Virus record (IMG/VR): IMGVR_UViG_3300047457_000833
Location: 1-53,849 of that record
Strand: one strand, 5' to 3'
Length of the DNA: 53,849 nt
From: a virus
Taxonomy: Duplodnaviria; Caudoviricetes
Shown here in pieces: positions 10,301-19,378 of the stretch (its first letter is position 1; each line of letters opens with the position of its first letter). A model generated the notes under the pieces. The model was not told the origin of the DNA, made no database searches, and saw nothing but the letters and a program-made list of their open reading frames with translations. A program made the translations under genes and the position numbers.

Positions 10301-10823
10301 TACCTACTATCAGGCTGGCGTTGATTTGGCGCAGTCCATAGTGGCTGGCTTGGAATCCAAACTGCATGAAGTGGAAATTGCCCTCGCCAAAATCACGACG
10401 CTCAAAGGCGCGCAAGCCTATTTTGACACGGTTTCTGGTGATGTTGACGCAGCCCAACGGCCATTGGGCACTTTGACTCCGCGCACGATCACAGGGCCAC
10501 AACCACTCGAGATTCCATCCGTGCCGATTTATGGGTTCGGCGAGGACGGATTCCTGAAGGACTTCTTCGACTTCTCAAACATCGTCGCACTGGCTTCTGG
10601 TGGCATCGTGAGCAAGCCCACGCTGGCTCTTGTCGGTGAGGCTGGCCCAGAAGCCGTTGTTCCACTTGGCCGAGGCATGAATCCGATAACTGGCGCAGGA
10701 GACATTAACATCACAGTCAACGCTGGCATGGGAGCGAATGGGAACGAGATTGGCCAACAGATCGTTGATCAACTGGTGCGCTGGCAGCGTAGGAACGGCA
10801 AACTTCCAGTTAGTACGGTGTAG
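7311..10823 (+). CDS. Tape measure protein
   Basis: 1170 aa Ala-rich helical, hydrophobic middle, C-terminal LASGGIV...LVGEAGPEAVVPL. Confidence 0.9.
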   Translation: MATEMEVIARIAGDASGAVDAFHQASGAAQGFQKEIDKMNAMLVGLGAAIGTAGYAITRFGKNAFDEAARVSELDVAMTAIGRSTGVGAGKLKEAAAAIKAKGIETAAAQKMAIEYAQGELDLADAAKIARVAQDLAVISQKNSTDTALLLTRAIKTGNSQLLKSAGVSRQASEAYEMYATELGKSTTALTASERQQAIVNLIMDEGEKVAGVYEAAMQEAGKVLRSFPRLFNDIQVAIGGALVNGFGPLIMSAYDMVKAFSKAISEGGSLYPVVQALEMVVTELVQPFVNAFDAITHFIKGLKLTEEQVPAIAETMRKLLPVITAVSAGLSAFAGRSLLGNLPVIGRFVGALNPMAIAITTLIALSPRLRSSFTGLMQEAQKLIPPLLKIAKAIAEAAAEFVDEFIIPMATALLNLLGPAINAMSGFLDAFSGSADRARNVTEALKTALVVLTGVYVGLKVVAAAQLAITKAQAIWDGILTVATFVLIAATDGLAAAFAALGVTITATGIGALVIVIGLVIAALVVWYQKSVWFRNMVKQVFEGVVNFFIWVVNKIIEYINIYLGMATKMINGLIGIYNKVAAITGLPKIDPIDPLAIKTIGYLNVGLEETENRVNRLTGAFYKLVNAQKRENQARLDGMGWLDAWNEKAKEQSQGLGDGASKADDLKKKIDDLKQKTLEYVKDGLENARQALKEQQNAMEEYAQSVSSTVRAQLNFGNAMSMVIQKRKEEADEIARQQEALNNYAASISGAVSKVLSLSGVLDDQAKAADALAKAQADVAKAQDDFADAILRGDLEDIVKAQEAFAKATQEANAAQSQQMTFLQRLAKQAESAIGFADRIKKLAAAGLTQAALDQVVQAGAVAGTAIADELLKGGAESITTANKLFADIASVAETVGKKTAATYMSVGEAVGANLMDALVEQSKKAAYFAEKVRELLAAGLSRGAIQEVLDAGVEAGTTIAEELLQGGADRIKQTNELVDQVKSVGDELGKLLANTYYQAGVDLAQSIVAGLESKLHEVEIALAKITTLKGAQAYFDTVSGDVDAAQRPLGTLTPRTITGPQPLEIPSVPIYGFGEDGFLKDFFDFSNIVALASGGIVSKPTLALVGEAGPEAVVPLGRGMNPITGAGDINITVNAGMGANGNEIGQQIVDQLVRWQRRNGKLPVSTV

Positions 10824-10825
10824 TC

Positions 10826-12082
10826 ATGGCTATCACGATGGCGTGGGGCGGTACTTACACCGTTCTTTTAGAGGTCGGGTTCATTGTTCGGGAATTCACG
10901 CTTAACACATCAACGCTTGACGGCAGTGACGTTCTTGACGGGACGCTCGAGGGCATTGACGCCACCGAGTGGGTGCAAGAAATCTCTATTAACCGAGGAC
11001 GGAGCGACATCTTGCAGGATTTCACGGCTGGTCGCTGCGTTATCGTGCTGAATAACAACGACCGTCGATTTGACCCACTGAACGCATCCTCCCCGTATGT
11101 TGATCCATCAACAGGGGAATCTGGGGTAGTTCCGCGTCGCAAAGTGACAGTGAAATACGGATCGACGACCCTTTTCACAGGTCGAATCACTGATATTGAT
11201 TTCGAGTACGAGCCGACCCCTGTCACAAGAAGCACCTGCACGATTGAGGCCAGCGACGATTTCCTGCGGCTTGCCTCAACCTACATTTCGGCGCACACAC
11301 CGACTTCTGCGCTCTCTGGAGCCGCCGTCTCTGCGATCCTTGATCGCGCTGAGGTGAATTATCCGAGCACACGCTCGATTTCAACAGGCACGGCCACTAT
11401 CGGCGCATATCCGATAGCGGAATCAACCAACACGCTCGATTATTTGCTTGATGTTTCGCGCACCGAGCAGGGATATCTTTTCATTAAAGGCAATGGAGAC
11501 CTGAACTTCACCGACAGGGTGACGGCCTCGTTCGCGTCCCCAACGTTTACTTTCACGGACTCTGGTTCTGGCGTCGGCTACTCAGATTTCGGCGTCCAGT
11601 ACGGCGATGAGTTCCTTTACAACAGGATTCTGGTAGAAAACGCCACAGGCACAACGGTCAATGCCGATGATGCGACAAGTCAAACCACCTACGGAATCAG
11701 TGCGTTGCGGCTCGGGGAATGCTTGTTCGCGTCGGATGCAGCCGCCCAAAGCCTCGCCGACTTTCTGCTGAACGAGTACAAAGAACCAGAATATCGAATC
11801 GACGAAATCAAAGTGGATTTCGCTGGCGCAAACGTGTCGACCGCTAACCAGCAATCCATAGTTGACCTAGATTTAGGTGGCGTGATCGCGGTGGTGAAAT
11901 CGTTCTCGACAGGCACGCCGTCATCGGTTAGCCAGAATCTGGCGATCCAACAGATCAACCACTCGATCTCCCCTCTAGCCCACTCCATTAACTTCAGACT
12001 CTCTCCAGCCCGTGTGCTCGGACAGTTCACACTCAACTCGGCGACCCTCGGCACACTCGATGACAACAATGCGGTAACATAA
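10826..12082 (+). CDS. Minor tail / baseplate hub protein
   Basis: Follows the tape measure; ISINRGR...LNNNDRRFDP motif. Confidence 0.7.
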   Translation: MAITMAWGGTYTVLLEVGFIVREFTLNTSTLDGSDVLDGTLEGIDATEWVQEISINRGRSDILQDFTAGRCVIVLNNNDRRFDPLNASSPYVDPSTGESGVVPRRKVTVKYGSTTLFTGRITDIDFEYEPTPVTRSTCTIEASDDFLRLASTYISAHTPTSALSGAAVSAILDRAEVNYPSTRSISTGTATIGAYPIAESTNTLDYLLDVSRTEQGYLFIKGNGDLNFTDRVTASFASPTFTFTDSGSGVGYSDFGVQYGDEFLYNRILVENATGTTVNADDATSQTTYGISALRLGECLFASDAAAQSLADFLLNEYKEPEYRIDEIKVDFAGANVSTANQQSIVDLDLGGVIAVVKSFSTGTPSSVSQNLAIQQINHSISPLAHSINFRLSPARVLGQFTLNSATLGTLDDNNAVT

Positions 12083-12089
12083 GGGCACT

Positions 12090-12356
12090 ATGGCTGGACT
12101 TGGGGCAAAACTTTGGACTAGCGGCGAAGTGGTCACTGCCGCGAACGTTAACGGCTACCTTCAGGATCAGACCGTTATGCGTTTTGCTGATGAGGCCACT
12201 CGAACGGCAGCGTTCGGTGGTGCTGGCGAGCCGACACTGGCATCTGGAATGATGAGTTATCTTGTTGATGTTGCACAGGTTCAGGTTTACAACGGCAGCG
12301 CGTGGGTTGCCATCGGTGGCGGCGCAGATATTCTTCAGGTTCAGGTTTTCAGTTAG
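12090..12356 (+). CDS. Minor tail protein
   Basis: SGEVVTAANVNGYL and YNGSAWV motifs seen in actinophage tail proteins. Confidence 0.65.
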   Translation: MAGLGAKLWTSGEVVTAANVNGYLQDQTVMRFADEATRTAAFGGAGEPTLASGMMSYLVDVAQVQVYNGSAWVAIGGGADILQVQVFS

Positions 12357-12365
12357 GAGATCGAC

Positions 12366-12728
12366 ATGGCAACATACACCAAGCAGAAACTGAGCGCGTC
12401 AACAGACGGTCGCGCCATCAAAGTCGCTGCAACAGCAACGGCTGGCACAACCATCCACACTGGATCGGCAACTGCTACCACCTACGATGAGGTGTGGCTG
12501 TATGCACAGAACACTGATACATCTGCAGTGAAACTCACGATTGAGTGGGGTGGCACTACTGCACCTGACGATCTGATTGAAGTGACTGTGCAGCCTGAGG
12601 CTGGCTTGGTGGCGATTGCTACTGGTCTGCTGATCAAGGGCAATGCGACTCCTCTTGTGATTCGTGCGTTCGCAGCGACTGCGAATGTGATCACCATTCA
12701 TGGCTTCGTGAACCAGATCACGGCATAG
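12366..12728 (+). CDS. Putative tail-associated beta-sandwich protein
   Basis: AGGAG RBS; Thr/Ala-rich, in tail module. Confidence 0.55.
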   Translation: MATYTKQKLSASTDGRAIKVAATATAGTTIHTGSATATTYDEVWLYAQNTDTSAVKLTIEWGGTTAPDDLIEVTVQPEAGLVAIATGLLIKGNATPLVIRAFAATANVITIHGFVNQITA

Positions 12729-12735
12729 GGGCTTT

Positions 12736-13611
12736 ATGTCTCGCAGGCTTCTTGGGTATGTGAGTGCGCTGAGCAGTCAGTCCTTGACTCGTTATGGTTG
12801 GGCTTCTGGCGGTACTGGCTCTATCACGCCATTCACGACTGCTGGCATCACCTACAACGGTGTCTATTTCAATTCTGATGGCACTCTTACTGTTACTACT
12901 GGCGGTTTGTTTGATGTGCTTCTTGTCGGCGGTGGTGGTGGAGGCGGTAACGGTGGTTCATCTGGCTACAACGGTGGTGGCGGTGGTGGTGGGCAAGTAT
13001 TGCAATCCACTATCTATCTAGCAGCAGGTTCGTATTCGGTTGATGTTGGTGCTGGCGGTGCATCCAGAACGGCTGGTAATCCAACGACTATTTATTCAGG
13101 AACAAACTCGTTGCTCATTGCTCTTGCTGGTGGTGCTGGAGGTCTAACAGTTGAAGGTTCGGCAGTCGCAATAGGTGGCTTCTCATCTGGCGGTGGTGGT
13201 TCAGGAACAGGCGGTTCTGGAGCGAACGGTGGTTCTGCAGCGATTAGCACGATTACTGGTTACGCAGGCGGTAACGGGAACACAGGCGGTGGTGGTGGTG
13301 GCGGTGGTGGTGCAGGAGCAGTTGGTAGCAACTCTGGTGGCGCAACAGGAGGCGCAGGTGGGAATGGTGTTGCATCATCATTCACAGGTTCATCCATAAC
13401 ATTTGGTGGTGGCGGTGGTGGTGCAGGAGCAGGTGCAGCAGGTGGTGCTGGAGGGTCTGGTGGTGGCGGTGCTGGAGCGACATCTGGTGCTGGAACGGCT
13501 GGAACGGCAAACACGGGAGGCGGTGGCGGTGGTGGTTCTTACACGGGTGCTGGTGCTGGTGCTGCTGGTGGATCGGGTATCGCTTATGTTCGATGGGCGG
13601 TGAACGCATGA
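12736..13611 (+). CDS. Glycine-rich tail fibre-like protein 1
   Basis: DVLLVGGGGGGG, ANTGGGGGG and GGSGIxYVR pattern. Confidence 0.7.
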   Translation: MSRRLLGYVSALSSQSLTRYGWASGGTGSITPFTTAGITYNGVYFNSDGTLTVTTGGLFDVLLVGGGGGGGNGGSSGYNGGGGGGGQVLQSTIYLAAGSYSVDVGAGGASRTAGNPTTIYSGTNSLLIALAGGAGGLTVEGSAVAIGGFSSGGGGSGTGGSGANGGSAAISTITGYAGGNGNTGGGGGGGGGAGAVGSNSGGATGGAGGNGVASSFTGSSITFGGGGGGAGAGAAGGAGGSGGGGAGATSGAGTAGTANTGGGGGGGSYTGAGAGAAGGSGIAYVRWAVNA

Positions 13612-14453
13612 GACCAAGTGGATATGTGAGTGCAGGTCAGGTGCAGCAGATTGCGTACACGCCGTACGGGAATGGATCGGGTGGTTCTTCTTCCACGATC
13701 ACGGTGTCTGGTCAGTCGTACACGCTTCTGTCTTTTACAAGCGATGGAACTTTGACTGTGAATCGATCTGGTTTGTTTGATGTTCTTCTTGTCGGCGGTG
13801 GTGGTGGTGGTGGTTCAAGTTCAGACGCTCAGTATGGTGGTGCTGGTGGTGGCGGTGGAGCAGTAGTTGAATCAACGATTTACATTCCAGCAGGAACTCA
13901 ATCCATCACGATTGGTTCTGGTGGGGCGATAAACGGCGGTTCTGGTGGGAATGCTGCTTGCAACGGTGGTGTGTCTAAAGTTGGCTCGATAATCTTCGCC
14001 ACTGGTGGCGGTGGCGGCTCGTCTTCTGCCGAAACTGGTACAGGTCCACAAGCAAGGAATGGTGGTTCAGGTGGCGGTCGTGCGTATTTCAACGACAGCA
14101 ACTATGGGCTTCCCGATGGTTGTGGTTATGGATTCCGAGGTGGCACTGGTGGAGGTAGTGGTGGCGCTGGTGGCGGTGGCGGTGCTGGGGCAATCGGTGG
14201 CAATGCTTCTGGTTCATATGTCGGTGGTACTGGTGGTGCTGGTAGGGATATTTCTCTCTGGATAGGTCAGTCTGCTGGTACTACTTACAAGGCTGGTGGT
14301 GGTGGTGGAACGGGGAACTCTGGTGGCACTGGCGGCACTGGTGGTGGTGGCAATCGTGGTTCTGCTGGAACGGCTAATTCTGGCGGTGGCGGTGGTGCAA
14401 ATAACACTGGTGGTTCAGGCATCGTTTATGTTCGTTTCCGTGACAACGCATAA
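13608..14453 (+). CDS. Glycine-rich tail fibre-like protein 2 (paralog of 12736-13611)
   Basis: Same architecture; ATGA overlap; near-identical 38-bp stretch at 12904-12941 and 13770-13807. Confidence 0.7.
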   Translation: MRPSGYVSAGQVQQIAYTPYGNGSGGSSSTITVSGQSYTLLSFTSDGTLTVNRSGLFDVLLVGGGGGGGSSSDAQYGGAGGGGGAVVESTIYIPAGTQSITIGSGGAINGGSGGNAACNGGVSKVGSIIFATGGGGGSSSAETGTGPQARNGGSGGGRAYFNDSNYGLPDGCGYGFRGGTGGGSGGAGGGGGAGAIGGNASGSYVGGTGGAGRDISLWIGQSAGTTYKAGGGGGTGNSGGTGGTGGGGNRGSAGTANSGGGGGANNTGGSGIVYVRFRDNA

Positions 14454-14462
14454 GGAGAAACT

Positions 14463-14690
14463 ATGTCGCAGTATTTCGCACAACTAAACGAGAACAATGT
14501 CGTGACTCACGTTGCTGTCGTGACAGCAGAGTTCATGGCAGAGAATCCAGATCGCTATGAAGGTCGATGGGTTGAGACCTTCTTTGACACGAAAGGCAAA
14601 ACCTACGCTGGCATTGGGTTCACCTATGATGAGGACACTGAGGATTTCACTCCTCCTGTAGCACCAGAGCCACTAGCCGATCCTGAGTGA
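14463..14690 (+). CDS. Small acidic protein associated with Gly-rich fibres
   Basis: AAGGAG RBS; YFAQL...N-V...YAGIGFTYD...F-PP. Confidence 0.65.
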   Translation: MSQYFAQLNENNVVTHVAVVTAEFMAENPDRYEGRWVETFFDTKGKTYAGIGFTYDEDTEDFTPPVAPEPLADPE

Positions 14691-14743
14691 CGGCCACCTG
14701 CTGAACGGCACTTAGGCTGCGCCGTTTGATATTGTGAAACGCG

Positions 14744-15013
14744 ATGCCAAGTTCAGACACCTTCTCGCGTTTTAGGACACTTCCAGTTGACCCTGCAACA
14801 TCTGCGGCTGCCGTGACTCCCCACAATACGAACGACCTCACTTACGTCACGCGCGCGTTGTACGTAGGTACAGGTGGGGACGTCAAAGTGAATATGGCAG
14901 ACAGTGGCACTGTCACATTTGTGGGTGTGCCAACTGGAACTACTCTCGCGGTTCGTGCGTCGCGCGTTTATTCAACAGGCACTACGGCCACCGATATTGT
15001 TGCTTTGTGGTGA
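14744..15013 (+). CDS. Putative spike-base-like virion protein
   Basis: AVTPHNTNDL...TRALYVGTGGDV...STGTTATDIVALW. Confidence 0.6.
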   Translation: MPSSDTFSRFRTLPVDPATSAAAVTPHNTNDLTYVTRALYVGTGGDVKVNMADSGTVTFVGVPTGTTLAVRASRVYSTGTTATDIVALW

Positions 15014-15022
15014 TCCCACGTG

Positions 15023-15163
15023 ATGATATCGCCTTCGGCGATCACGGTTAGTCGTGGCGGCATTTCGTTTGATGCCTTATCGGCGTGGCTTGCAGGCGTT
15101 GCGCAAGCCCTCAAACTTGACGATCTAATTCGAGGGGTCTTGGACAACGACTTCTTGTTGTGA
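15023..15163 (+). CDS. Possible 46-aa hypothetical protein
   Basis: Fills the gap; stop overlaps the GTG start of 15160; LKLDDLIRGVLDND resembles FTLNSATLGTLDDN in 10826-12082. Confidence 0.35.
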   Translation: MISPSAITVSRGGISFDALSAWLAGVAQALKLDDLIRGVLDNDFLL

Positions 15164-16590
15164 GAACCTCAAGATGGTCGCGCTGGATCATTGCGCTCGC
15201 ACCGCTGATCGCTCTCGGCCTGACTAGCACAGAAGCGCGCGCAGAGGCGCAGGTAGGGCTTTACGCAACTGGCTACATTTATCCGTCCGACCAGATACCT
15301 GTGCGATCAACAAGCCTGTATCCGACGTGCGGCTCAGAGGTCGAGAACAACATCAACCGCAACTTTGATGGTGAACCTTTCCAAGCCTGCGGATGGGATT
15401 TCTTTATGGTGCACTACGAGGGCTTCATCCAAATCCCTGAGCATCAAACCATCGAGTTCATGGTGGCGGCAGATGATGGTGGGACGGTCTCTATCGCAGG
15501 AGCCGAATTTGGGACATGGAATCTTAAGGGATGCTCGTGGAGCGCGCCTGCTGATCTGTCTGGCCTTGAAGGGGAGCAGCCTCTTGATGGGTGGTTCTTC
15601 GAGTACGGTGGCGGCACATGCTTTATGCTGGCGTGGAAAATTGATGACGAGTATTGGGAGATAGTTCCAGATTGGGCATATACAACGGAATCCACACCGT
15701 CGACAACGACCTCTACTACTACTGTCCTCGAAACGACTGTCCCTGCCACCACCACTACTTCTACGACGCTTCAGGCAACTACGACAACGCCAAGTACGTC
15801 GACAACAGCATCAACGATATCCACCACAACATCTAGCACCTCCTCCACCACAACGACAACTGAACCAGAAACCACAACGACTTCATCTACGAGTACGTCG
15901 CTAGTTGCCACGTCAACCACACAAGGATGGGTATCTCCACCGCCATCAGCCACGACTGAACCTTCCACGACGGCTCCAACAACAACCACAACGGAAGAAC
16001 CAGCACCCCAAACATCAGAAGCAACAGTTCAATCCACTCCATCTACCGACCTCCCCGTCGCAACAACTGATTCGCCGTCCACCACACGCCCAACAGAACC
16101 AGCCACGTCCGTGCCTGTGGAAACTGCCACCACACAAGCAGAATCAACAACCACACTTCCCGACCTCCTTGACGGCTCGAACGACCCACAGTTTAGTGAG
16201 GTTGAGGCTGAACAGGCGCGCGCATTAGTCGACGAGGCCATAAATGACGGGCTGACAGCCGAGGTTGTCGCGGCTTTGGCTGCTGATCCAGCCGTCATCG
16301 AGAACGTGAGCGTTGACCAAGCAGCGGAAATCTTTGAAGCCCTGAATGACGCGTCGTTAACCGACGCACAGGTGGATGCCGTTACTGAAGTCATGAACAA
16401 TGCGCCTGATGAAATCAAAGAGGAGTTCGAGTCGGCGGTCAACATATTCGGCAAGGGCTTTGACAATTACGTTCCTCTCGGCTCGAGCATCTCGGTCGGG
16501 GTTCGTCGAGTGGTGATCGCTTCCAGTGCGCTATTATCGGCTGTGCCGAGCGTTCGGGCCGAGGGAACTAGCAGGCGGCAAAGGGTCTGA
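15160..16590 (+). CDS. Surface protein: signal peptide, PA14-like domain, Thr/Ser-rich linker, acidic helical C-terminus
   Basis: FMVHYEGFI, AADDGG and WFFEYGGG PA14-type motifs; long T/S/P tract. Confidence 0.7.
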   Translation: MRTSRWSRWIIALAPLIALGLTSTEARAEAQVGLYATGYIYPSDQIPVRSTSLYPTCGSEVENNINRNFDGEPFQACGWDFFMVHYEGFIQIPEHQTIEFMVAADDGGTVSIAGAEFGTWNLKGCSWSAPADLSGLEGEQPLDGWFFEYGGGTCFMLAWKIDDEYWEIVPDWAYTTESTPSTTTSTTTVLETTVPATTTTSTTLQATTTTPSTSTTASTISTTTSSTSSTTTTTEPETTTTSSTSTSLVATSTTQGWVSPPPSATTEPSTTAPTTTTTEEPAPQTSEATVQSTPSTDLPVATTDSPSTTRPTEPATSVPVETATTQAESTTTLPDLLDGSNDPQFSEVEAEQARALVDEAINDGLTAEVVAALAADPAVIENVSVDQAAEIFEALNDASLTDAQVDAVTEVMNNAPDEIKEEFESAVNIFGKGFDNYVPLGSSISVGVRRVVIASSALLSAVPSVRAEGTSRRQRV

Positions 16591-16592
16591 AC

Positions 16593-16757
16593 ATGGAAAA
16601 GTGGCTAGAAGAAGCGCATGGCTTGGTCTGGACGCTGGCTGGCACGGGCATGGTGCTGATCACACTTAGCGGCCAAACACTCAAGTGGGGTGTCATCATC
16701 AGCGTTCTGGGCCTTTTGTTACACTTGGGGCTGTCCGTTCTTAAAGGAGACAATTGA
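16593..16757 (+). CDS. Small two-TM membrane protein (54 aa, absent from the ORF track)
   Basis: MEKWLEEAHGLVWTLAGTGMVLITLSGQTLKWGVIISVLGLLLHLGLSVLKGDN; TGATG coupling to the next gene. Confidence 0.6.
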   Translation: MEKWLEEAHGLVWTLAGTGMVLITLSGQTLKWGVIISVLGLLLHLGLSVLKGDN

Positions 16758-17014
16758 TGACGAAGGCTAAAGAGATCGCGCAGAGATTGGCGTCTCTGTT
16801 CTTGATGAATGCTTTGGGTATCATCACGGGATCGGCGATCATCGCGCCTGAACTCGAAGTTTGGAAGTCGGCTGCCCTCGCTGGATGTGTGGCCTGTTTT
16901 AAGGTGGCAGAAGCCCTCGCTCGAGCGTCTGTTGATGGGTCGCTCACGAAGGATGAAATTGACGCCGCGTTCGGTGGCAATCCGTCCGCGAAGTCAAAGC
17001 CTCGTCGCAAGTAG
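16757..17014 (+). CDS. Holin-like membrane protein
   Basis: Hydrophobic helices, basic C-terminus, directly before the endolysin; AAGGAG RBS. Confidence 0.55.
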   Translation: MTKAKEIAQRLASLFLMNALGIITGSAIIAPELEVWKSAALAGCVACFKVAEALARASVDGSLTKDEIDAAFGGNPSAKSKPRRK

Positions 17015-17026
17015 GGCTGCTGAAAC

Positions 17027-17617
17027 ATGGCCAAGAAGGGGCAAAACCTGCTTCCCATTGCGAAGGTGCGGCTTCCAGCCGATCTCAAGGGTGTGGAGAA
17101 CGGCAAACTACCCAAAGAACTGCTACGGCCTATCAAGCCGTCTGGTCGAATGCATCATCGCGCCGCGCTCGGGTGGCAGGCTTTGCAGATTCTTGCGGCT
17201 CGAGAAGGCTTGACGCTGGTTCATGTTGGCGATTACAGGCCGTATGAGCAGCAGTTGAGCCTGTTTATGTCCCGAATGAAGGACTATCCCGACGCCAAGA
17301 AGGCCGAACAGACGACACGCAAGTTTGATGGCAAGGTCTGGTATTTGCATCAGGGTGCGCCAGTCGCCACGCCTGCTACATCGAATCACGGGTGGGGACT
17401 GGCCATTGACGCCGCCCTGAAGGACGCTAAGGGCCAGATCGTCACGATCACAGCCAAACCGAAGGGTGCGAAACGCTCTGGTCTTGACTTCCTCCTTGAG
17501 TTTGCTGAACCTTGCGGCTTTTCGTGGGAACTTCAGAGCGAGGCATGGCACGTGAGGTGGGTGGTAGGCGACCAAGTGCCTGCCCTCGTCCTCGACACGA
17601 TTGCACAGGGCGCGTAA
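17027..17617 (+). CDS. Endolysin, M15 (VanY-like) zinc peptidase
   Basis: YRPYEQQ, PATSNHGWGLAID (SxHxxGxAxD) and EAWH motifs. Confidence 0.85.
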   Translation: MAKKGQNLLPIAKVRLPADLKGVENGKLPKELLRPIKPSGRMHHRAALGWQALQILAAREGLTLVHVGDYRPYEQQLSLFMSRMKDYPDAKKAEQTTRKFDGKVWYLHQGAPVATPATSNHGWGLAIDAALKDAKGQIVTITAKPKGAKRSGLDFLLEFAEPCGFSWELQSEAWHVRWVVGDQVPALVLDTIAQGA

Positions 17618-17620
17618 TCA

Positions 17621-17872
17621 ATGGATATGGGCCTGTCTGGCGTGTTGGCGGCCCTCATTTCGGCGGTCGGATTGGTGCTGGCGACCCTCGTGCAAAAGGT
17701 GCGCAGAGAGAACAGAAATGATCACGCGGTGGTGATCGAGGAACTAAGATGGTTGCGACGCCTAGTAGAGAAGGTAGACGCAAAACATGACGCACACATC
17801 CAAGCCTTCCACGACAGTGAGGCAAAGCCTTCGAGCCGAAGTCGAGCGCGAACGAACAAGACAGGGCTGTAG
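17621..17872 (+). CDS. Single-TM lysis-cassette protein
   Basis: N-terminal TM followed by ENRNDH coiled segment. Confidence 0.55.
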   Translation: MDMGLSGVLAALISAVGLVLATLVQKVRRENRNDHAVVIEELRWLRRLVEKVDAKHDAHIQAFHDSEAKPSSRSRARTNKTGL

Positions 17873-18050
17873 AGACCTAGAGGATTTTCTGGCCTCGGCG
17901 GATGAGGCGGATCGGGCCGAGTGGCTCGAGGTGCTCGCTGACACGCAGATTCAAACGGCTCAAATTCATCGGGTGCTGAAAAAGCGCGGAATCATCGTCT
18001 CGTACTCGACTGTCGCGCGCTACCGAGATCGCTTAAGGCAGGACGCATGA
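17787..18050 (+). CDS. Hypothetical protein, possible HTH
   Basis: AQIHRVLKKRGIIVSYSTVARYR; ATGA overlap with next gene; start uncertain. Confidence 0.5.
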   Translation: MTHTSKPSTTVRQSLRAEVERERTRQGCRDLEDFLASADEADRAEWLEVLADTQIQTAQIHRVLKKRGIIVSYSTVARYRDRLRQDA

Positions 18051-19102
18051 ACTTGCGGAACGAAATCAACGCCGATAACGAGGACACTTCAGAACTCTCA
18101 AAGGTGCGGCGTCAGCGCGACTCCGCTAAACACGAACTTGATCGAGTCCGCGAGGAACTTGATTCTTTGAGGCGATCTTTAGAAGTCGTGTCTCAAGTTG
18201 AGCGCACTAACATCAAGCCACCTAAATGGCTTGCGCCGACAGCGACAAAGAAAACCTCTGCGACCCTTGTGGTGATGCTGTCCGACCTTCATCTTGACGA
18301 GGTTGTTAATCCAGACGAAGTGGACGGACTTAACGCCTACAACCGCGAGATAGCACGGCTACGGCTTCGCAAGTGGGCCAACAACGTCATCAAAATGGCT
18401 CGCGACCATTTTAACGGTGTCTCCTACGACGGAGTGGTGATCTTGCTTGGCGGCGACATCTTCTCGGGAGACATCCACGAAGAACTCAAGGAAACGAACT
18501 CCGACACGCTGCTCGGCTCGATGTTGTTCTGGTCAGAAGAATTGGCCGCTGCGATAGACATGCTGCTCACGGAATTCAAACAAGGACAGGTTGTGTCGGT
18601 GGTCGGGAATCATGGGCGGACGACCCGTAAACCTCGAGCCAAACTTCGCGCACGCACCAACTTTGACTGGTTGCTCGCCAAAATGCTCGAACGCCACTTC
18701 ACGAAAGACAAACGCGTCAACTTCATTATCCCTGAGGGAGCAGACGCTTACTTTGAGATCTACGGGCAGGGCCATCTCCTGACGCATGGTGATCAGACCA
18801 ACGGCGGCGGCGGTATCGGCGGAATTTGGCCTCCCGTAATGCGGTTGCGCGCTCGTAAAGCCGAACGGTATCTCGCTGTCGGTGGGCAGTTCCTCACTCT
18901 CTGGATGGGCCACTGGCATCAATACATCTCAACCCCGAGCCTCGTGGTGAACGGCAGCCTTAAAGGGGTCGACGAGTACGCCTTTTTGCAGAACTTCCGC
19001 TACGAACTGCCACAACAGGCTTTGGCTATTGTGGCTCCGAATCACAACATCACGGTGCACGCGCCTGTGTTCTGCGTCGACCGCAAGGCCGAGGGCTGGT
19101 AG
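18047..19102 (+). CDS. Calcineurin-like metallophosphoesterase with N-terminal coiled coil
   Basis: SDLH, GGD, GNHGR, HGD and GHWH motifs in canonical order. Confidence 0.85.
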   Translation: MNLRNEINADNEDTSELSKVRRQRDSAKHELDRVREELDSLRRSLEVVSQVERTNIKPPKWLAPTATKKTSATLVVMLSDLHLDEVVNPDEVDGLNAYNREIARLRLRKWANNVIKMARDHFNGVSYDGVVILLGGDIFSGDIHEELKETNSDTLLGSMLFWSEELAAAIDMLLTEFKQGQVVSVVGNHGRTTRKPRAKLRARTNFDWLLAKMLERHFTKDKRVNFIIPEGADAYFEIYGQGHLLTHGDQTNGGGGIGGIWPPVMRLRARKAERYLAVGGQFLTLWMGHWHQYISTPSLVVNGSLKGVDEYAFLQNFRYELPQQALAIVAPNHNITVHAPVFCVDRKAEGW

Positions 19103-19127
19103 CCGCCTAAAAGGACATTCGTCCTAC

Positions 19128-19156
19128 TTGACCCTGCTACACCCTGCCTGTACCGT
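19128..19156 (+). promoter_or_regulatory. Putative sigma70/SigA-type promoter
   Basis: TTGACC-17 bp-TACCGT upstream of the recombination module. Confidence 0.45.
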
Positions 19157-19174
19157 CTCTGCCGAGGTACAGAA

Positions 19175-19378
19175 ATGGGCTGTGAAATGTGCGACGACAA
19201 CAAGGTGGTGATCCTGCCGACAGGCGACGATGTCGACCTGTTCCCGTGCCCATGCTGCCAAGCATGGCCACAGGGATTTGGCGGACTCAAAATCAAGGTG
19301 CGCGGTCGCATCCACTGGCTGATTCTGCCCTCCGCACCGAACGAGTGCGCCATCTACCAACCGAGGAGAATCAAATGA
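19175..19378 (+). CDS. Small Cys-rich hypothetical protein
   Basis: CEMC...CPCC; GAGG RBS; ATGA overlap with next gene. Confidence 0.45.
   Translation: MGCEMCDDNKVVILPTGDDVDLFPCPCCQAWPQGFGGLKIKVRGRIHWLILPSAPNECAIYQPRRIK

Noticed and set aside
13260-13617. Pro-rich, His-rich and Thr-rich minus-strand ORFs
   Set aside because: Reverse complements of GGT glycine runs
12904-13807. 38-bp near-identical repeat as a DGR template/variable pair
   Set aside because: It lies in the conserved part of two paralogous Gly-rich genes, shows no adenine-specific mismatches, and no reverse transcriptase is present
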